Assembly: GCA_037440005.1 (NCBI GenBank)
Contig: JBBIUY010000006.1
Location: forward strand, 32,001-96,000
DNA: 64,000 nt
Direction: 5' to 3'
DNA from: Armatimonadota bacterium
GTDB taxonomy: Bacteria; Sysuimicrobiota; Sysuimicrobiia; Sysuimicrobiales; Kaftiobacteriaceae
Positions 30,958 to 44,478 of the stretch are shown piece after piece. The notes under the pieces were generated by a model, which was not told the DNA's origin, ran no database searches, and saw only the letters and a program-made list of their open reading frames with translations. The stretch's first letter is position 1. Each line of letters begins with the position of its first letter. The position numbers were made by a program, and so were the translations under genes.

Positions 30958-31473
30958 ATGGAGGACACCGGCGTCGAGCAGCTGCTGGCGGAAGGCGACC
31001 GCCTGCTGCGGTCCGGCGACTTTGCCGCGGCCGAGGCGGCCTTCGCCCGCGCCCTCGCCCTGGCCCCCGACTCCGCGGTGACGTACAGCAAGCTGGGCGC
31101 GGCCCTGGCCCAGCAGGGGCGCCTGGACGAGGCCCTGGACGCGCTGTCCAGGGCCGTCGCGCTGCAGCCCACCTACGCGCCGGCCTACAACAACCTGGGC
31201 AACGTCTACCGCGAGAAAGGGATGGTCGAGCAGGCCCTGGCTGCGTACCGGCGCGCCGTGGAGCTGGACCCGGACTACTGGCTGGCCCACCAGAACCTGG
31301 GCGCCCTGTACCGGCGGATGGGGCGGTTCGACGACGCCGTCCGCCACTTCAAGATCGCCCACCGCCTGTCGCTGCGCCGCCCGCCCGGGCCGTCCGCCGG
31401 ACCCGCCCGGCCGGGCTGCCTACCGGTGGTGGTGGCCGTCGTGGCGCTGGCGGCGGCCGTCGCGTTGAGATGA
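30958..31473 (+). CDS. TPR-repeat protein with C-terminal hydrophobic anchor
   Basis: About four TPRs (AYNNLGNVY, AHQNLGALY); tail LPVVVAVVALAAAVALR. Confidence 0.85.
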   Translation: MEDTGVEQLLAEGDRLLRSGDFAAAEAAFARALALAPDSAVTYSKLGAALAQQGRLDEALDALSRAVALQPTYAPAYNNLGNVYREKGMVEQALAAYRRAVELDPDYWLAHQNLGALYRRMGRFDDAVRHFKIAHRLSLRRPPGPSAGPARPGCLPVVVAVVALAAAVALR

Positions 31474-31534
31474 GCGCGCGCCCCGCCGGCACCCCGGTGC
31501 GTCCCGTCGCGGAGGGCGCCGGCCGCAGGAGGGC

Positions 31535-32656
31535 CTACGGAATCTCCCCCAGCTCCTCGCGCAGCCGCAGCAGGTGCAGCAGGTCGCTGCGGGTGAGGAT
31601 CCCCACCAGGGTGCCGTCGTCGCCCACCACCAGGACGCGGCCGATGCCGTCCTGGGTCATGCGCTCGAAGGCCTCGTAGGCGGACGCCGACGGGCGGACC
31701 GTCCGCAGGCGCTGCAGGGGCGTCATCACCTCCCGCACGGTGGTGGCCGCCCGCCGCTCCCGGGGGACCTCCTTCACGTCGTGCAGGGTCACGATGCCCA
31801 GCAGCCGGTCCCCCCACACCACGGGAAATCCCCCGTGCTTGAGAGGGAGGAGGTAGTCGGCGATCAGCTGGTCGAGGGTCAGGGCGGGGTCCACGGTGTG
31901 CAGCGCGCGGCTCATCACGTCCGCCACCCGCACGTCTTCCAGGGCCTGGCGCAGCAGGACCTGCTGGTAGCCGGCCTGCGCCCCGGCGTCCAGGAACCAC
32001 CCCAGCAGCACAAGCCACAGCCCCCCGACCACGTTGCCGGTGAAGGCCAGCAGGATGCCGGCGGCGATGAACGCCACCGCCACGCCCTGCCCGGCGCGGG
32101 AGGCGATGCGGGTGGCCCGGGTCAGGTCGCCGGTCATCCCCCACACCAGGGCCCGCAGGACCCGGCCCCCGTCCAGGGGGAAGCCCGGGATCAGGTTGAA
32201 GACCGCCAGGGCGGTGTTGGCCCACGCCACGTACCCCGCCAGGGCGCCCAGAGCCGTGCCGGAGGCCGCCCACCGACCGGCGGCGGCCAGGGCCGCGACC
32301 GCGAGGCTGGTGGCCGGTCCGGCCAGAGCCACGGCCAGTTCGGCCGGCGCCGTGGGCGGCTCCCGGCCGATCTGGGCCACTCCCCCGAACATGAACAGGA
32401 CGATGCCGCGGGTGCGGATGCCGTAGCGGCGGGCAGCCAGGGCGTGCCCCACCTCGTGGGCGACCACCGAGCCGAACAGCAGCAGGGCCGCCGCCAGCCC
32501 CATGGTCCAGTAGGTCTCCGGCGGCAGCCCGGGCAGGCGGGCGGGGAAGTAGGTGCGGGCCAGCGACCACGACAGGACCCACAGGGCGACAAACCACGTA
32601 TAGTGGACGCCCACAGGGATCCCGGCAACCCGGCCCAGCCGCAGGGCACCGCGCAT
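31535..32656 (-). CDS. Site-2 protease (M50) with CBS pair, SpoIVFB-like
   Basis: [16 protein letters not shown], two C-terminal CBS domains. Confidence 0.92.
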   Translation of the reverse strand: MRGALRLGRVAGIPVGVHYTWFVALWVLSWSLARTYFPARLPGLPPETYWTMGLAAALLLFGSVVAHEVGHALAARRYGIRTRGIVLFMFGGVAQIGREPPTAPAELAVALAGPATSLAVAALAAAGRWAASGTALGALAGYVAWANTALAVFNLIPGFPLDGGRVLRALVWGMTGDLTRATRIASRAGQGVAVAFIAAGILLAFTGNVVGGLWLVLLGWFLDAGAQAGYQQVLLRQALEDVRVADVMSRALHTVDPALTLDQLIADYLLPLKHGGFPVVWGDRLLGIVTLHDVKEVPRERRAATTVREVMTPLQRLRTVRPSASAYEAFERMTQDGIGRVLVVGDDGTLVGILTRSDLLHLLRLREELGEIP

Positions 32657-32779
32657 GGTCGGACGGAGGAGTCTTTCGCCCCCGGGCGGGGACTTCCCCG
32701 CCGCCCGGCGGGGTGCGGGGTGGGGAACCGGGCCGACGACGGCGAAGGTACACCACCCAGATCGTTGCGGGAGGGACCG

Positions 32780-33397
32780 ATGGTTCTGCGACTACTGCCC
32801 CGCGAGGAGACGTTCTTCGACCTGCTCAACCAGGCGGCCCAGGTGATCCTCCAGGCCGCCCGGGCGCTGCAGGAACTGCTGGAAGACTACCGGGACGTGG
32901 ACCGGCGGGCCGAGGCCATCAAGGCGCTGGAGGACCAGGGGGATGCCATCGCCCACGCCATCATCGACCGCCTCAACCGCACCTTCGTGACCCCCCTGGA
33001 CCGGGAGGACATCTTCGCGCTGATCAAACAGCTGGACAACGTCCTGGACTGGATTGAGGCCACCTCAGCCCGGCTGGCGGTGTACCGCATCCCCCACTCC
33101 ACCCCGGAGGCCCGGGAGCTGGCCCACATCATCGTCAGCCAGTGCGAGGCCATCGTGGAGGCGGTCAGGCACCTCCGGCGGCCCGACCGGGCCGCCGGCC
33201 CCGTGCAGGAGATCAACCGGCTGGAGAACCTGGCCGACCACGTGCAGCGGGACGCCATCGCCCGCCTGTTCGCCGACGCCGCCGACCCCATCACCGTCAT
33301 CAAGTGGAAGGAGATCTACGAGACCCTGGAGCAGGCCACCGACCAGGCCGAAGACGTGGCCAACGTGATCGAGAGCATCCACACCAAGAACCTGTGA
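32780..33397 (+). CDS. DUF47 / PhoU-like PiT accessory protein
   Basis: [24 protein letters not shown]. Confidence 0.9.
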   Translation: MVLRLLPREETFFDLLNQAAQVILQAARALQELLEDYRDVDRRAEAIKALEDQGDAIAHAIIDRLNRTFVTPLDREDIFALIKQLDNVLDWIEATSARLAVYRIPHSTPEARELAHIIVSQCEAIVEAVRHLRRPDRAAGPVQEINRLENLADHVQRDAIARLFADAADPITVIKWKEIYETLEQATDQAEDVANVIESIHTKNL

Positions 33398-34389
33398 TGC
33401 CCGCGCTGCCCGGCGGCCTGATCCCCGTCCTGCTGCTGGTCCTGGCGGCGGAGTTCGTCAACGGGTGGACCGACGCGCCCAACGCCATCGCCACCGTGGT
33501 CAGCACCCGGGTCCTGACCCCTGCCCAGGCGCTGCTGGTGGCCAGCGTCCTCAACGTGCTGGGAGTGCTCAGCGGACAGGCGGTGGCCGTCACCATCGGG
33601 CGGGGCATCGTGGACGCCGCCGCCATCGACACGGTCACCATCGCCGCGGCCATGGTGGCCATCGTGGTCTGGAGTACCCTGGCCTGGACCCGGGGGTTGC
33701 CCACCAGCGAGAGCCACGCCCTGCTGGCGTCCCTGGCCGGCGCGGGGCTGGCCACCGCCGGTCCCCGGGTCCTGCTGTGGGAGGGGTGGCAGAAAGTCCT
33801 GCTGGGGCTGGCCTTCTCCACCTTCCTGGGCTTTGGCGGAGGATTTGTCCTCATGGTGGCCATCGCCTGGGCCTTCCGCCGGATGTCCCTGGGAGGGGTG
33901 CGGCGGCTGTTCGGCCGGTTGCAGGTGCTGTCGGCGGCGTTCATGGCCTTCAGCCACGGCAGCAACGACGGCCAGAAGTTCATGGGCGTCTTCACCCTGG
34001 CGCTGGTCCTGGGCGGCGTCCTGCCCGAGTTCCACATCCCCCTGTGGGTCATCCTGGTGTGCGCGCTCACCATGGGGGTGGGCACCGCCCTGGGCGGGTG
34101 GCGCATTGTCCACACCATGGGACTGCGCCTGACCAAGCTGGAGCCCTATCAGGGGTTTGCGGCGGAGACGGCCGCCGCCAGCGCCATCGAGCTGGCCAGC
34201 CGGCTGGGGGTTCCCCTCAGCACCACCCACACCATCAACACCGCCATCATGGGCGTGGGGGCGACCCGGAGGCTGTCGGCCGTACGGTGGGGGGTGGGGG
34301 CGGAGATCGTCGCTGCGTGGGTGCTCACCTTCCCCGTGTGCGCCCTGATCGGGGCCGTGGTCACCTGGGTGCTGCGCGCGGTCCTGTAG
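33397..34389 (+). CDS. pit: Inorganic phosphate transporter (PiT)
   Basis: NGWTDAPNAIAT, HGSNDGQK, PLSTTH. Confidence 0.92.
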   Translation: MPALPGGLIPVLLLVLAAEFVNGWTDAPNAIATVVSTRVLTPAQALLVASVLNVLGVLSGQAVAVTIGRGIVDAAAIDTVTIAAAMVAIVVWSTLAWTRGLPTSESHALLASLAGAGLATAGPRVLLWEGWQKVLLGLAFSTFLGFGGGFVLMVAIAWAFRRMSLGGVRRLFGRLQVLSAAFMAFSHGSNDGQKFMGVFTLALVLGGVLPEFHIPLWVILVCALTMGVGTALGGWRIVHTMGLRLTKLEPYQGFAAETAAASAIELASRLGVPLSTTHTINTAIMGVGATRRLSAVRWGVGAEIVAAWVLTFPVCALIGAVVTWVLRAVL

Positions 34390-34488
34390 CCCGCGGTGTG
34401 GTATGATCCCTGGAGGCCGTCGGGCGGGAATCCCCCGCCCGCGGGAGGCGTTATCCGCTGTGAACGCGACACAGACGGGAGGAGCGCC

Positions 34489-34827
34489 ATGGGCAAGGCC
34501 GTGCACGTGAGCGAGCACGACTTCGACGCGCAGGTCCTGCAGTCGGACCTGCCGGTGGTGGTGGACTTCTGGGCCGAGTGGTGCGCCCCGTGCCGGATGA
34601 TCGCCCCCATCATCGAGGAGCTGGCCGGCGAGTACGCCGGGCGGGTCAAGGTGGTCAAGGTGGACGTGGACAGCAACCCCCACGTCGCCCACCGCTACGG
34701 GATCATGAGCATCCCCACCCTGGGGGTGTTCAAGGGGGGCGAGATGGTGGACCGGGTGGTGGGCTACATGCCCAAACCCGAGCTGAAAAAGCGGCTGGAG
34801 AAGATCCTGGGGGCCGCCGTCGGCTGA
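34489..34827 (+). CDS. trxA: Thioredoxin
   Basis: DFWAEWCAPC, SIPT. Confidence 0.95.
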   Translation: MGKAVHVSEHDFDAQVLQSDLPVVVDFWAEWCAPCRMIAPIIEELAGEYAGRVKVVKVDVDSNPHVAHRYGIMSIPTLGVFKGGEMVDRVVGYMPKPELKKRLEKILGAAVG

Positions 34828-34884
34828 CGGGACCCGCCGACGGATCGCCCCGGCCCGTCGCGTTCGCGACATCCCGATCCGGCA

Positions 34885-35802
34885 TCAGCCCTGTTGGGCC
34901 AGCCACCGCTCGGCGTCGATGGCCGCCTCGCACCCGTAGCCGGCGGCGGTGACGGCCTGGCGGTAGGTGTGGTCGTGGGCGTCGCCGGCCACGAAGACCC
35001 CCTCCACGCTGGTCTGGGACCGCACCGTGCGGATGATGTAGCCCTGCTCGTCCATGGCCACCTGGCCCCGGAACAGGTCGGTGTTGGGGCGGTGGCCGAT
35101 GGCCACAAAGACGCCGTCGGTGGGGCGTTCGGCGATCTGGCCGGTGGTCACGTCCTGCAGGCGCACCCCGGTGACCTTGCCGTCGCCCAGGATGTCCACC
35201 ACCACCGTGTTCCACAGGAAGCGGATCTTCTCGTTGGCCGTGGCCCGCTGCTGCAGGATCTTGCTGGCCCGCAGGCGGTCCCGCCGGTGCACCACCGTCA
35301 CCGAGCGGGCCAGCTTGGCCAGGTACAGGGCTTCCTCCATGGCGGTGTCGCCGCCGCCCACCACCATCACGTCCCGGTCCCGGAAGAAGAACCCGTCGCA
35401 GGTGGCGCACGTGCTCACCCCGCGGCCCATCAGCCGCTGCTCTCCGGGCACGCCCAGCTGCTTGGGCTTGGCGCCGGTGGCGATGATGAGGGCGCGGGTC
35501 TCGTAGGTCTCCCCCGACTGGGCGGTCACCCGGAACGGTCGGACGGACAGGTCCACGGCCACCGCGTCCTCGGCGAGGAACTCGGCGCCCACCCGCTCCG
35601 CCTGCCGGCGCATGTCGGCCATCAGGTCGGGGCCCAGGATGGGCTCGGCGAACCCGGGGTAGTTTTCCACCTCGGTGGTGAGCATCAGCTGGCCGCCCGC
35701 CTCGGCCCCCTCGAACACCAGGGGCTGCAGGCCCGCCCGGGTGGTGTAGATGGCGGCCGTCAGCCCGGCCGGGCCCGATCCCAGGATGATCACGTTGCGC
35801 AT
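34885..35802 (-). CDS. trxB: Thioredoxin reductase
   Basis: [26 protein letters not shown]. Confidence 0.96.
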   Translation of the reverse strand: MRNVIILGSGPAGLTAAIYTTRAGLQPLVFEGAEAGGQLMLTTEVENYPGFAEPILGPDLMADMRRQAERVGAEFLAEDAVAVDLSVRPFRVTAQSGETYETRALIIATGAKPKQLGVPGEQRLMGRGVSTCATCDGFFFRDRDVMVVGGGDTAMEEALYLAKLARSVTVVHRRDRLRASKILQQRATANEKIRFLWNTVVVDILGDGKVTGVRLQDVTTGQIAERPTDGVFVAIGHRPNTDLFRGQVAMDEQGYIIRTVRSQTSVEGVFVAGDAHDHTYRQAVTAAGYGCEAAIDAERWLAQQG

Positions 35803-35910
35803 AGGGTCCTCACCACTGCACACTAACGCCGGGGCCGGCGCCGCCATTCCGCGGGCCGCCGCCCCGTCTTCTTTCACCGGCGGCCCGCCCGCTCCCTGGC
35901 GGACACTCCC

Positions 35911-35963
35911 CTGACAATATCATTGTCAACAATCTTGACAAAAGCGATTGCCGGGGGTACCGT
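35911..35963. promoter_or_regulatory. Divergent trxB/hspR control region with palindromic operator and promoter
   Basis: TGACAATATCATTGTCA 35912-35928; TTGTCAAcaatcTTGACAA 35923-35941; TTGACA(35935)-N17-TACCGT. Confidence 0.75.
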
Positions 35964-35975
35964 AGGGGCCTGGAG

Positions 35976-36302
35976 ATGGCCCGGGTGCGGGGACGGCGAG
36001 ACGACCTTCCAGTGTACGTGATCAGCGTGGCGGCCGACCTGACGGGTCTGCACCCGCGGACGCTGCGCATCTACGAGGAGAAAGGCCTCCTGCAGCCGGC
36101 GCGGCGCAACCACCAGCGTCTGTACTCGGAACGGGACCTGGAGCGGGTGCGCATGATCCGCTACCTGACCCGGGAGGTGGGGCTGAACCTGGCCGGGGTG
36201 CGCCTGCTGCTGGAGATGTCCGAGCGGATGGACTACCGGCGGACCCGGGACGCCATCTCCTGGGTGGTGGAACGCGCGTGGAGGAGGAGGCGAGTGCCAT
36301 GA
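35976..36302 (+). CDS. hspR: MerR-family heat-shock repressor, HspR-like
   Basis: PVYVISVAADLTGLHPRTLRIYE, GLNLAGV; heads the chaperone operon. Confidence 0.88.
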   Translation: MARVRGRRDDLPVYVISVAADLTGLHPRTLRIYEEKGLLQPARRNHQRLYSERDLERVRMIRYLTREVGLNLAGVRLLLEMSERMDYRRTRDAISWVVERAWRRRRVP

Positions 36303-36742
36303 GCCTGATCCGGTGGGACCCCTTCGACGACCTGGCGTCGCTGCGGGAGTCCATGGACAAGCTGTTCGAGGAGTTCTTCAGCCGCCGGCCCCGGGGGACG
36401 GCGGTGACGGCGTGGCAGCCGGCGGTGGAGGTCTACGAGACCGACACCGAGGTGGTGGTGCGGGCCGAGCTGCCCGGGGTGGACCCCAAGAACGTGGACA
36501 TCACCGTCACCGAGGACACCCTGACCATCAAGGGCGAAGCGCGGGCCGAGCAGGAGGAGAAGGGGCGCAACTACTACCGGCGGGAGCTGCGCTACGGCGC
36601 CTTCCTGCGGACCCTGGCCCTGCCCGAGGAGGTGCAGGGGGACAAGGCCCGGGCTTCGTACCGGAACGGCATCCTGGAGGTCCGGGTCCCCAAGAGCGAG
36701 CGGTCGCGGCCCCGCACCGTGAAGGTGGAAGTGGCCGACTAG
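36299..36742 (+). CDS. Small heat-shock protein (Hsp20)
   Basis: WDPF, AELPGV, RYGAFLR, NGILEV. Confidence 0.94.
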   Translation: MSLIRWDPFDDLASLRESMDKLFEEFFSRRPRGTAVTAWQPAVEVYETDTEVVVRAELPGVDPKNVDITVTEDTLTIKGEARAEQEEKGRNYYRRELRYGAFLRTLALPEEVQGDKARASYRNGILEVRVPKSERSRPRTVKVEVAD

Positions 36743-36776
36743 CCGGGGGCGGCGCGGACAGGGAGGATCGGCAGCC

Positions 36777-38684
36777 ATGGGCAAGGTGGTGGGCATTGAC
36801 CTGGGCACGACCAACTCGGTGATCGCCTGCGTGGTGGGAGGCGAGCCGCAGGTGATCCCCAACGCCGAGGGCAGCCGGCTGACCCCGTCGGTGGTGGCGT
36901 TCACCAAGACCGGCGAGCGCCTGGTGGGCCAGATGGCCAAGCGCCAGGCCATCCTCAACCCCGAGAACACCGTGTACTCCATCAAGCGCTTCATGGGCCG
37001 GCGCTACTCGGAGGTGGAGACCGAGCGCAAGATGGTCCCCTACAAGGTGGAGGAGGGGCCCAACGGCATGGCGGTGGTCCGGCTGCCGGCGGCCGGGCGG
37101 ACCTTCACCCCCGAGGAGATCTCCGCCATGATCCTCCAGAAGCTCAAGGCGGACGCCGAGGCCTACCTGGGGGACACGATCACCGAAGCGGTCATCACGG
37201 TGCCGGCATACTTCAACGACGCCCAGCGTACCGCCACCAAGCATGCCGGCGAGATCGCGGGCCTGAAGGTTCTGCGCATCATCAACGAGCCCACCGCCTC
37301 CTGCCTGGCCTACGGCCTGGACAAGAAGGGCGCCGAGACGGTGCTGGTCTTCGACCTGGGCGGGGGGACCTTCGACGTCTCCATCCTGGAGATCGGGGAG
37401 GGCGTCTTTGAGGTCAAGGCCACCTCGGGAGACACCCACCTGGGCGGCGACGACTGGGACGAGCGCATCGTCCACTGGCTGGCCGACCAGTTCAAGCGCG
37501 AGCACGGCATCGACCTGCGGCAGGATCGCCAGGCGCTGCAGCGGCTGCGGGAGGCCGCCGAGCGGGCCAAGATCGAGCTGTCCACGGTGACCCAGACCAC
37601 CATCAACCTGCCCTTCATCACCGCCGACGCCACCGGGCCCAAGCACCTGGACTACGTGCTGACCCGGGCCAAGTTCGAGGAGCTGACCGCCGACCTGGTG
37701 GAGCGGTGCATCGGCCCGTTCAAGCAGGCCCTGGCCGACGCCAAGATGACCGAGAAGGACCTGGACGAGGTCATCCTGGTGGGCGGGTCCACCCGCATGC
37801 CCATGATCCAGGAGCTGGTGCGCCGCCTGACGGGCAAGGAGCCCAACAAGGAGGTGCACCCCGACGAGGTGGTGGCCGTGGGCGCGGCCATCCAGGCCGG
37901 CGTGCTGGCGGGCACGGTGCGGGAGGTGGTGCTGCTGGACGTCACGCCCCTGTCCCTGGGCGTGGAGACCCTGGGCGGCGTGATGACGGTCCTGATCCCC
38001 CGCAACACCACCATCCCCACCCGCAAGAGCGAGATCTTCACCACCGCCGCCGACGACCAGACCCAGGTGGAGATCCACGTGCTGCAGGGCGAGCGGCCCA
38101 TGGCCCGGGACAACCGCACCCTGGGCCGCTTCATCCTGGACGGGATCCCGCCGGCGCGCCGGGGCGTGCCCAAGATCGAGGTGACCTTCGACATCGACGC
38201 CAACGGCATCCTCAGCGTCACCGCCAAGGACACCGCCACCGGGCGGGAGCAGTCCATCAAGATCACCGGCACCTCCACCCTCTCCAAGGAGGAAGTGGAG
38301 CGGATGGTCAAGGAGGCGGAGCGGTACGCCGAGGAGGACCGCCGCAAGCGCGAGGTGGCCGAGACCCGCAACCGGGGCGACTCGCTGGTGTACCAGACCG
38401 AGCGCATGCTCCGGGAGGTGGGCGACAAGATCTCCGCCGCCGAGCGCCAGCAGGTGGAGGCCAAACTGCGCGACCTCAAGGACGCCCTGGCCACCGACGA
38501 CGTGGCCCGCATCCGCCGCGCCATCGACGACCTGCAGCAGGCCAGCTTCAAGCTCACCGAGGCCATGTACGCCCGGGCGGCGGCCTCGGGCGGGTCGGCG
38601 CGGCCGGGGCCCGACGGGCCCGCCGGCGGGACGGGCGGCGAGGACGTGATCGACGCCGACTACAAGAAGGCCGACGACCGCTAG
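36777..38684 (+). CDS. dnaK: Chaperone DnaK
   Basis: [25 protein letters not shown]. Confidence 0.99.
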   Translation: MGKVVGIDLGTTNSVIACVVGGEPQVIPNAEGSRLTPSVVAFTKTGERLVGQMAKRQAILNPENTVYSIKRFMGRRYSEVETERKMVPYKVEEGPNGMAVVRLPAAGRTFTPEEISAMILQKLKADAEAYLGDTITEAVITVPAYFNDAQRTATKHAGEIAGLKVLRIINEPTASCLAYGLDKKGAETVLVFDLGGGTFDVSILEIGEGVFEVKATSGDTHLGGDDWDERIVHWLADQFKREHGIDLRQDRQALQRLREAAERAKIELSTVTQTTINLPFITADATGPKHLDYVLTRAKFEELTADLVERCIGPFKQALADAKMTEKDLDEVILVGGSTRMPMIQELVRRLTGKEPNKEVHPDEVVAVGAAIQAGVLAGTVREVVLLDVTPLSLGVETLGGVMTVLIPRNTTIPTRKSEIFTTAADDQTQVEIHVLQGERPMARDNRTLGRFILDGIPPARRGVPKIEVTFDIDANGILSVTAKDTATGREQSIKITGTSTLSKEEVERMVKEAERYAEEDRRKREVAETRNRGDSLVYQTERMLREVGDKISAAERQQVEAKLRDLKDALATDDVARIRRAIDDLQQASFKLTEAMYARAAASGGSARPGPDGPAGGTGGEDVIDADYKKADDR

Positions 38685-38699
38685 GAGCGCCTGCGGGGG

Positions 38700-39278
38700 A
38701 TGCCCATGGAGGAACGGCTGGATCAGGTCCCGCCCCCCGCCGGGAGCGGGGCGGAGGCGGAGACGGCGCCCGCCCCGCCCGCCTCCGCAGAGACCCCGAC
38801 GCCCGAGGAGGTCATCGCCGAGCTTCGGGCGGAGGTCGAGCGCCTGCGGGCGGAGGCGGAGAGGAACTGGCAGCAGTTCCTGCACGCCGCCGCCGACCTG
38901 GAAAACTACAAGAGGCAGGCCGCCCGCCAGCGGGAAGACGCCGTCCAGCGGGCCCGCCACTCGCTGCTGGCGGTGATCCTGGCCGTGGTGGACACCCTGG
39001 AGCGGGCGCTGGAGCACGCCGGCGGCGACGGCGCGGCGATCCTGGAGGGGATCCGGATGACCCACCGGCAGGTCCTGGACCTGCTGGCGAACATGGGGGT
39101 CCGGCCGATGGAGGCCCGGGGGCAGCCCTTTGACCCCCGCTACCACGAGGCGGTGGACGTGGTCTCCCCCGACGAGCACGGCGTCGCTCCCGGGACGGTG
39201 GTGGAGGAAGTGCAGCGGGGCTACCTGCTGAACGGAGAGGTGCTGCGGCCGGCGCGGGTGCGGGTGGCGAAGGTCTAG
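38700..39278 (+). CDS. grpE: Nucleotide exchange factor GrpE
   Basis: ADLENYKR, FDPRYHEA, GYLLNGEVLRPARV. Confidence 0.96.
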   Translation: MPMEERLDQVPPPAGSGAEAETAPAPPASAETPTPEEVIAELRAEVERLRAEAERNWQQFLHAAADLENYKRQAARQREDAVQRARHSLLAVILAVVDTLERALEHAGGDGAAILEGIRMTHRQVLDLLANMGVRPMEARGQPFDPRYHEAVDVVSPDEHGVAPGTVVEEVQRGYLLNGEVLRPARVRVAKV

Positions 39279-39300
39279 CGGGCCGGGGCGGAGGGGCGGG

Positions 39301-40257
39301 ATGGAGTTCAAGGACTACTATCGGATCCTGGGCGTGGACCGGGACGCCGACCAGAAGGCCATCGCGGCCGCCTTCCGCCGCCTGGCCCGCCAGTACCATC
39401 CCGACGTCAACAGGACCCGGGAGGCCGAGGAGAAGTTCAAGGAGATCAACGAGGCCTACCAGGTGCTGGGCGATCCCCAGCGCCGCGCCCGGTACGACCA
39501 GATGTACGACGCCTACCGCCGCGGAGGGGTGGACTGGCAGCAGGTCTTCGGCGCGCCCGGCGCGCCGGGCGGGTGGACGGTGACCGTCGGAGGCGACGTC
39601 GACCTGGAGGACCTGCTGGCGGGGATGGGCTTTTCGGACTTCTTCAGGCGCTTTTTTGGCGCCGACTTTGCGGAGGCCCGGCGTGCGGGCCGGGCCGGCC
39701 GCAGGCGGGTAGGCGTGGAGGAGGCCGCCGGCGCGCCGCCGGCGCCCGCCGCCACGGTCACGGTCACCCTGGAGGAGGCGTTTACCGGCACCCGCAAGTC
39801 CGTGGTGGTGCCCCTCAACGGCGCCTCCCGGCGGTTTGACGTCTCCATCCCTCCGGGAGTGCGGGACGGCCAGCGGATCCGGCTGCCGGGGGCGCTGGAG
39901 GGGCAGGACGTCTACCTGGTGGTGCAGGTGCAGCCCCACCCGGTGTTCGCCCGTCAGGAGGACCACGTGGTGGTGGAAGTCCCGGTGACGCCGTCGGAGG
40001 CGGTCCTGGGCGCCCGGATCGAGGTCCCGACCCTGGAGGGCAAGGTGGAGATGGTCCTGCCCCCCGGCACCCAGAACGGGCAGACGTTCCGCCTGCGCGG
40101 GCTGGGCATGCCCCGGCGCGAGGGCGGGCGCGGCGACCAGCTGGTGCGGGTGAAGGTGGTCGTCCCCACGGACCCCACGCCCCGAGAAAGGCAGCTGTAC
40201 GAGGAACTGGCCCGGCTGCGCCGGGACAACCCGCGGGCGTCGTGGGGATGCCGCTGA
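39301..40257 (+). CDS. dnaJ: DnaJ-class chaperone without zinc finger (CbpA-like)
   Basis: J-domain HPD, FSDFF, C-terminal domain; no CxxCxGxG repeats. Confidence 0.9.
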   Translation: MEFKDYYRILGVDRDADQKAIAAAFRRLARQYHPDVNRTREAEEKFKEINEAYQVLGDPQRRARYDQMYDAYRRGGVDWQQVFGAPGAPGGWTVTVGGDVDLEDLLAGMGFSDFFRRFFGADFAEARRAGRAGRRRVGVEEAAGAPPAPAATVTVTLEEAFTGTRKSVVVPLNGASRRFDVSIPPGVRDGQRIRLPGALEGQDVYLVVQVQPHPVFARQEDHVVVEVPVTPSEAVLGARIEVPTLEGKVEMVLPPGTQNGQTFRLRGLGMPRREGGRGDQLVRVKVVVPTDPTPRERQLYEELARLRRDNPRASWGCR

Positions 40258-40266
40258 CGGCGAGGT

Positions 40267-42900
<2,634 letters not shown>

Positions 42901-42952
42901 CCGGTCCCCCGGAGCCCCGGGGAGCGGGGAGGCGCGTATCCTCTACCTGAGC

Positions 42953-44434
42953 GTGGTGACTAGCGGCGCGGTCCTTCTGGCGCTGGAGATCCTGGCCAGC
43001 CGGATCGTGGCCCCCACCTTCGGGAACTCCGTCTACGTCTGGGGCAGCCTGATCGGCACCTTCCTGGCCGCCCTGGCCGGCGGCTACGCCCTGGGAGGGC
43101 GGGTGGCGGACCGCTGGCCCACCTCCGGCGGCTTCGCCGCGGTGGTCTTTGCCGCAGGCGCCCTGGTGTTCCCCATTCCCCTGGTGGCGCCCCGGGTCCT
43201 GGAGGCGGTGGAGGCGGCATCGGCGGGACCGCGCGCGGGGCCTCTGCTGGCCTGCCTGGTCCTGTTCCTGCCGCCGGGGGTCGTGATGGGGATGGTGTCG
43301 CCGTACGCCGTCCGCTTGCGGGCGCGGGCCGTGACCGCACTGGGAGGCGTGGCCGGCACCCTGTACGCCCTGTCCACCGCCGGCAGCCTCGCGGGCACCC
43401 TGCTGGCCTCCTTCGTGGTGCTGAACCACTGGACCGTCCCCGCCATCGTCCACGGCCTGGGCGCCCTCCTGCTCGCCCTGGGGGTGGCCACCTGGCTGGC
43501 CGCCCGGCGGGTGGTGGCGGCCGGATCGGCCGCCCTGGCGGCGGCGGTGCTGCTGGGCCTGCCGGCCGTTCGCGGTCCCGCCGCCGCGCCGGTGGGGCTG
43601 CGGCACCTGCAGGACACGGTATACCACCGCATCACCGTCACCGACGAAGGGGGCATCCGCTACCTGAAGCTGGACAACTACTGGCAGAGCGGGCTGGACC
43701 TGGCCAGCCCGCGGCGGACGGTGTTCCCTTACGCCGACTACATGCACCTGCCGGTGCTGCTGGCGCCCGACGCCCGACGGGTCCTGATGGTCGGCCTGGG
43801 CGGGGGCACGGTGCCCGTCCGCTACCACCAGGACTACCCGGCGATGACCATCGACGTGGTGGAACTCGACCCCGCCGTCATCCAGGTGGCCCGCCGGTAC
43901 TTCGCCGTGCCCGCCGACCGGCGGCTGCGCCTGGTGGCGCAGGACGGCCGGCTGTTCATCGCGCGCTCTCCCGAGCGCTACGACATCATCCTCCTGGACG
44001 CGTACCTGATCGACACCATCCCGTTCCACCTGGCCACCCGGGAGTTCTTCGCCTCCGCCCGCGCGCGCCTGGCGCCGGGCGGCGTCCTGGCCAGCAACGT
44101 CATCGGCGCCCTGGACGGACCCCGCAGCGGTCTGTTCCGGGCGGTCTACCGGACCCTCCGGGCGGTCTTTCCCACCGTGTACGTCTTCCCGGTGGAGTGG
44201 GGCCGGTTCGACGTCCCGGAAGCCCTGCGGAACATCATCCTGGTGGCCACCGACCGGCCCCGCCTGGCCCCGGAGCAGCTGCGGGTCCTGGCGGCGCGGG
44301 CGCGCCGGCACCCCGGGGTGACCGTGGACGGGTGGGAGGAGGCGGTGGGCGACCTGTACGAGGAGTCCATCCGGGTGGACGACGTCCCCCTCCTGACCGA
44401 CGACTACGCCCCGGTGGAGACGCTGATCCGGTAG
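42953..44434 (+). CDS. Membrane domain fused to spermidine synthase-like / SAM-binding domain
   Basis: N-terminal multi-TM region; VGLGGG, VELDP, DGR, ILLDAY, LTDDYAPVE. Confidence 0.85.
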   Translation: MVTSGAVLLALEILASRIVAPTFGNSVYVWGSLIGTFLAALAGGYALGGRVADRWPTSGGFAAVVFAAGALVFPIPLVAPRVLEAVEAASAGPRAGPLLACLVLFLPPGVVMGMVSPYAVRLRARAVTALGGVAGTLYALSTAGSLAGTLLASFVVLNHWTVPAIVHGLGALLLALGVATWLAARRVVAAGSAALAAAVLLGLPAVRGPAAAPVGLRHLQDTVYHRITVTDEGGIRYLKLDNYWQSGLDLASPRRTVFPYADYMHLPVLLAPDARRVLMVGLGGGTVPVRYHQDYPAMTIDVVELDPAVIQVARRYFAVPADRRLRLVAQDGRLFIARSPERYDIILLDAYLIDTIPFHLATREFFASARARLAPGGVLASNVIGALDGPRSGLFRAVYRTLRAVFPTVYVFPVEWGRFDVPEALRNIILVATDRPRLAPEQLRVLAARARRHPGVTVDGWEEAVGDLYEESIRVDDVPLLTDDYAPVETLIR

Positions 44435-44478
44435 CCGGGACCTATAATGGTGTCGATTCCCGTGCCGGCGGAGCAGGT

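Noticed and set aside
35880..35975. CIRCE or exact HAIR element
   Set aside because: Neither TTAGCACTC-N9-GAGTGCTAA nor CTTGAGT-N7-ACTCAAG is present; only the variant reported above
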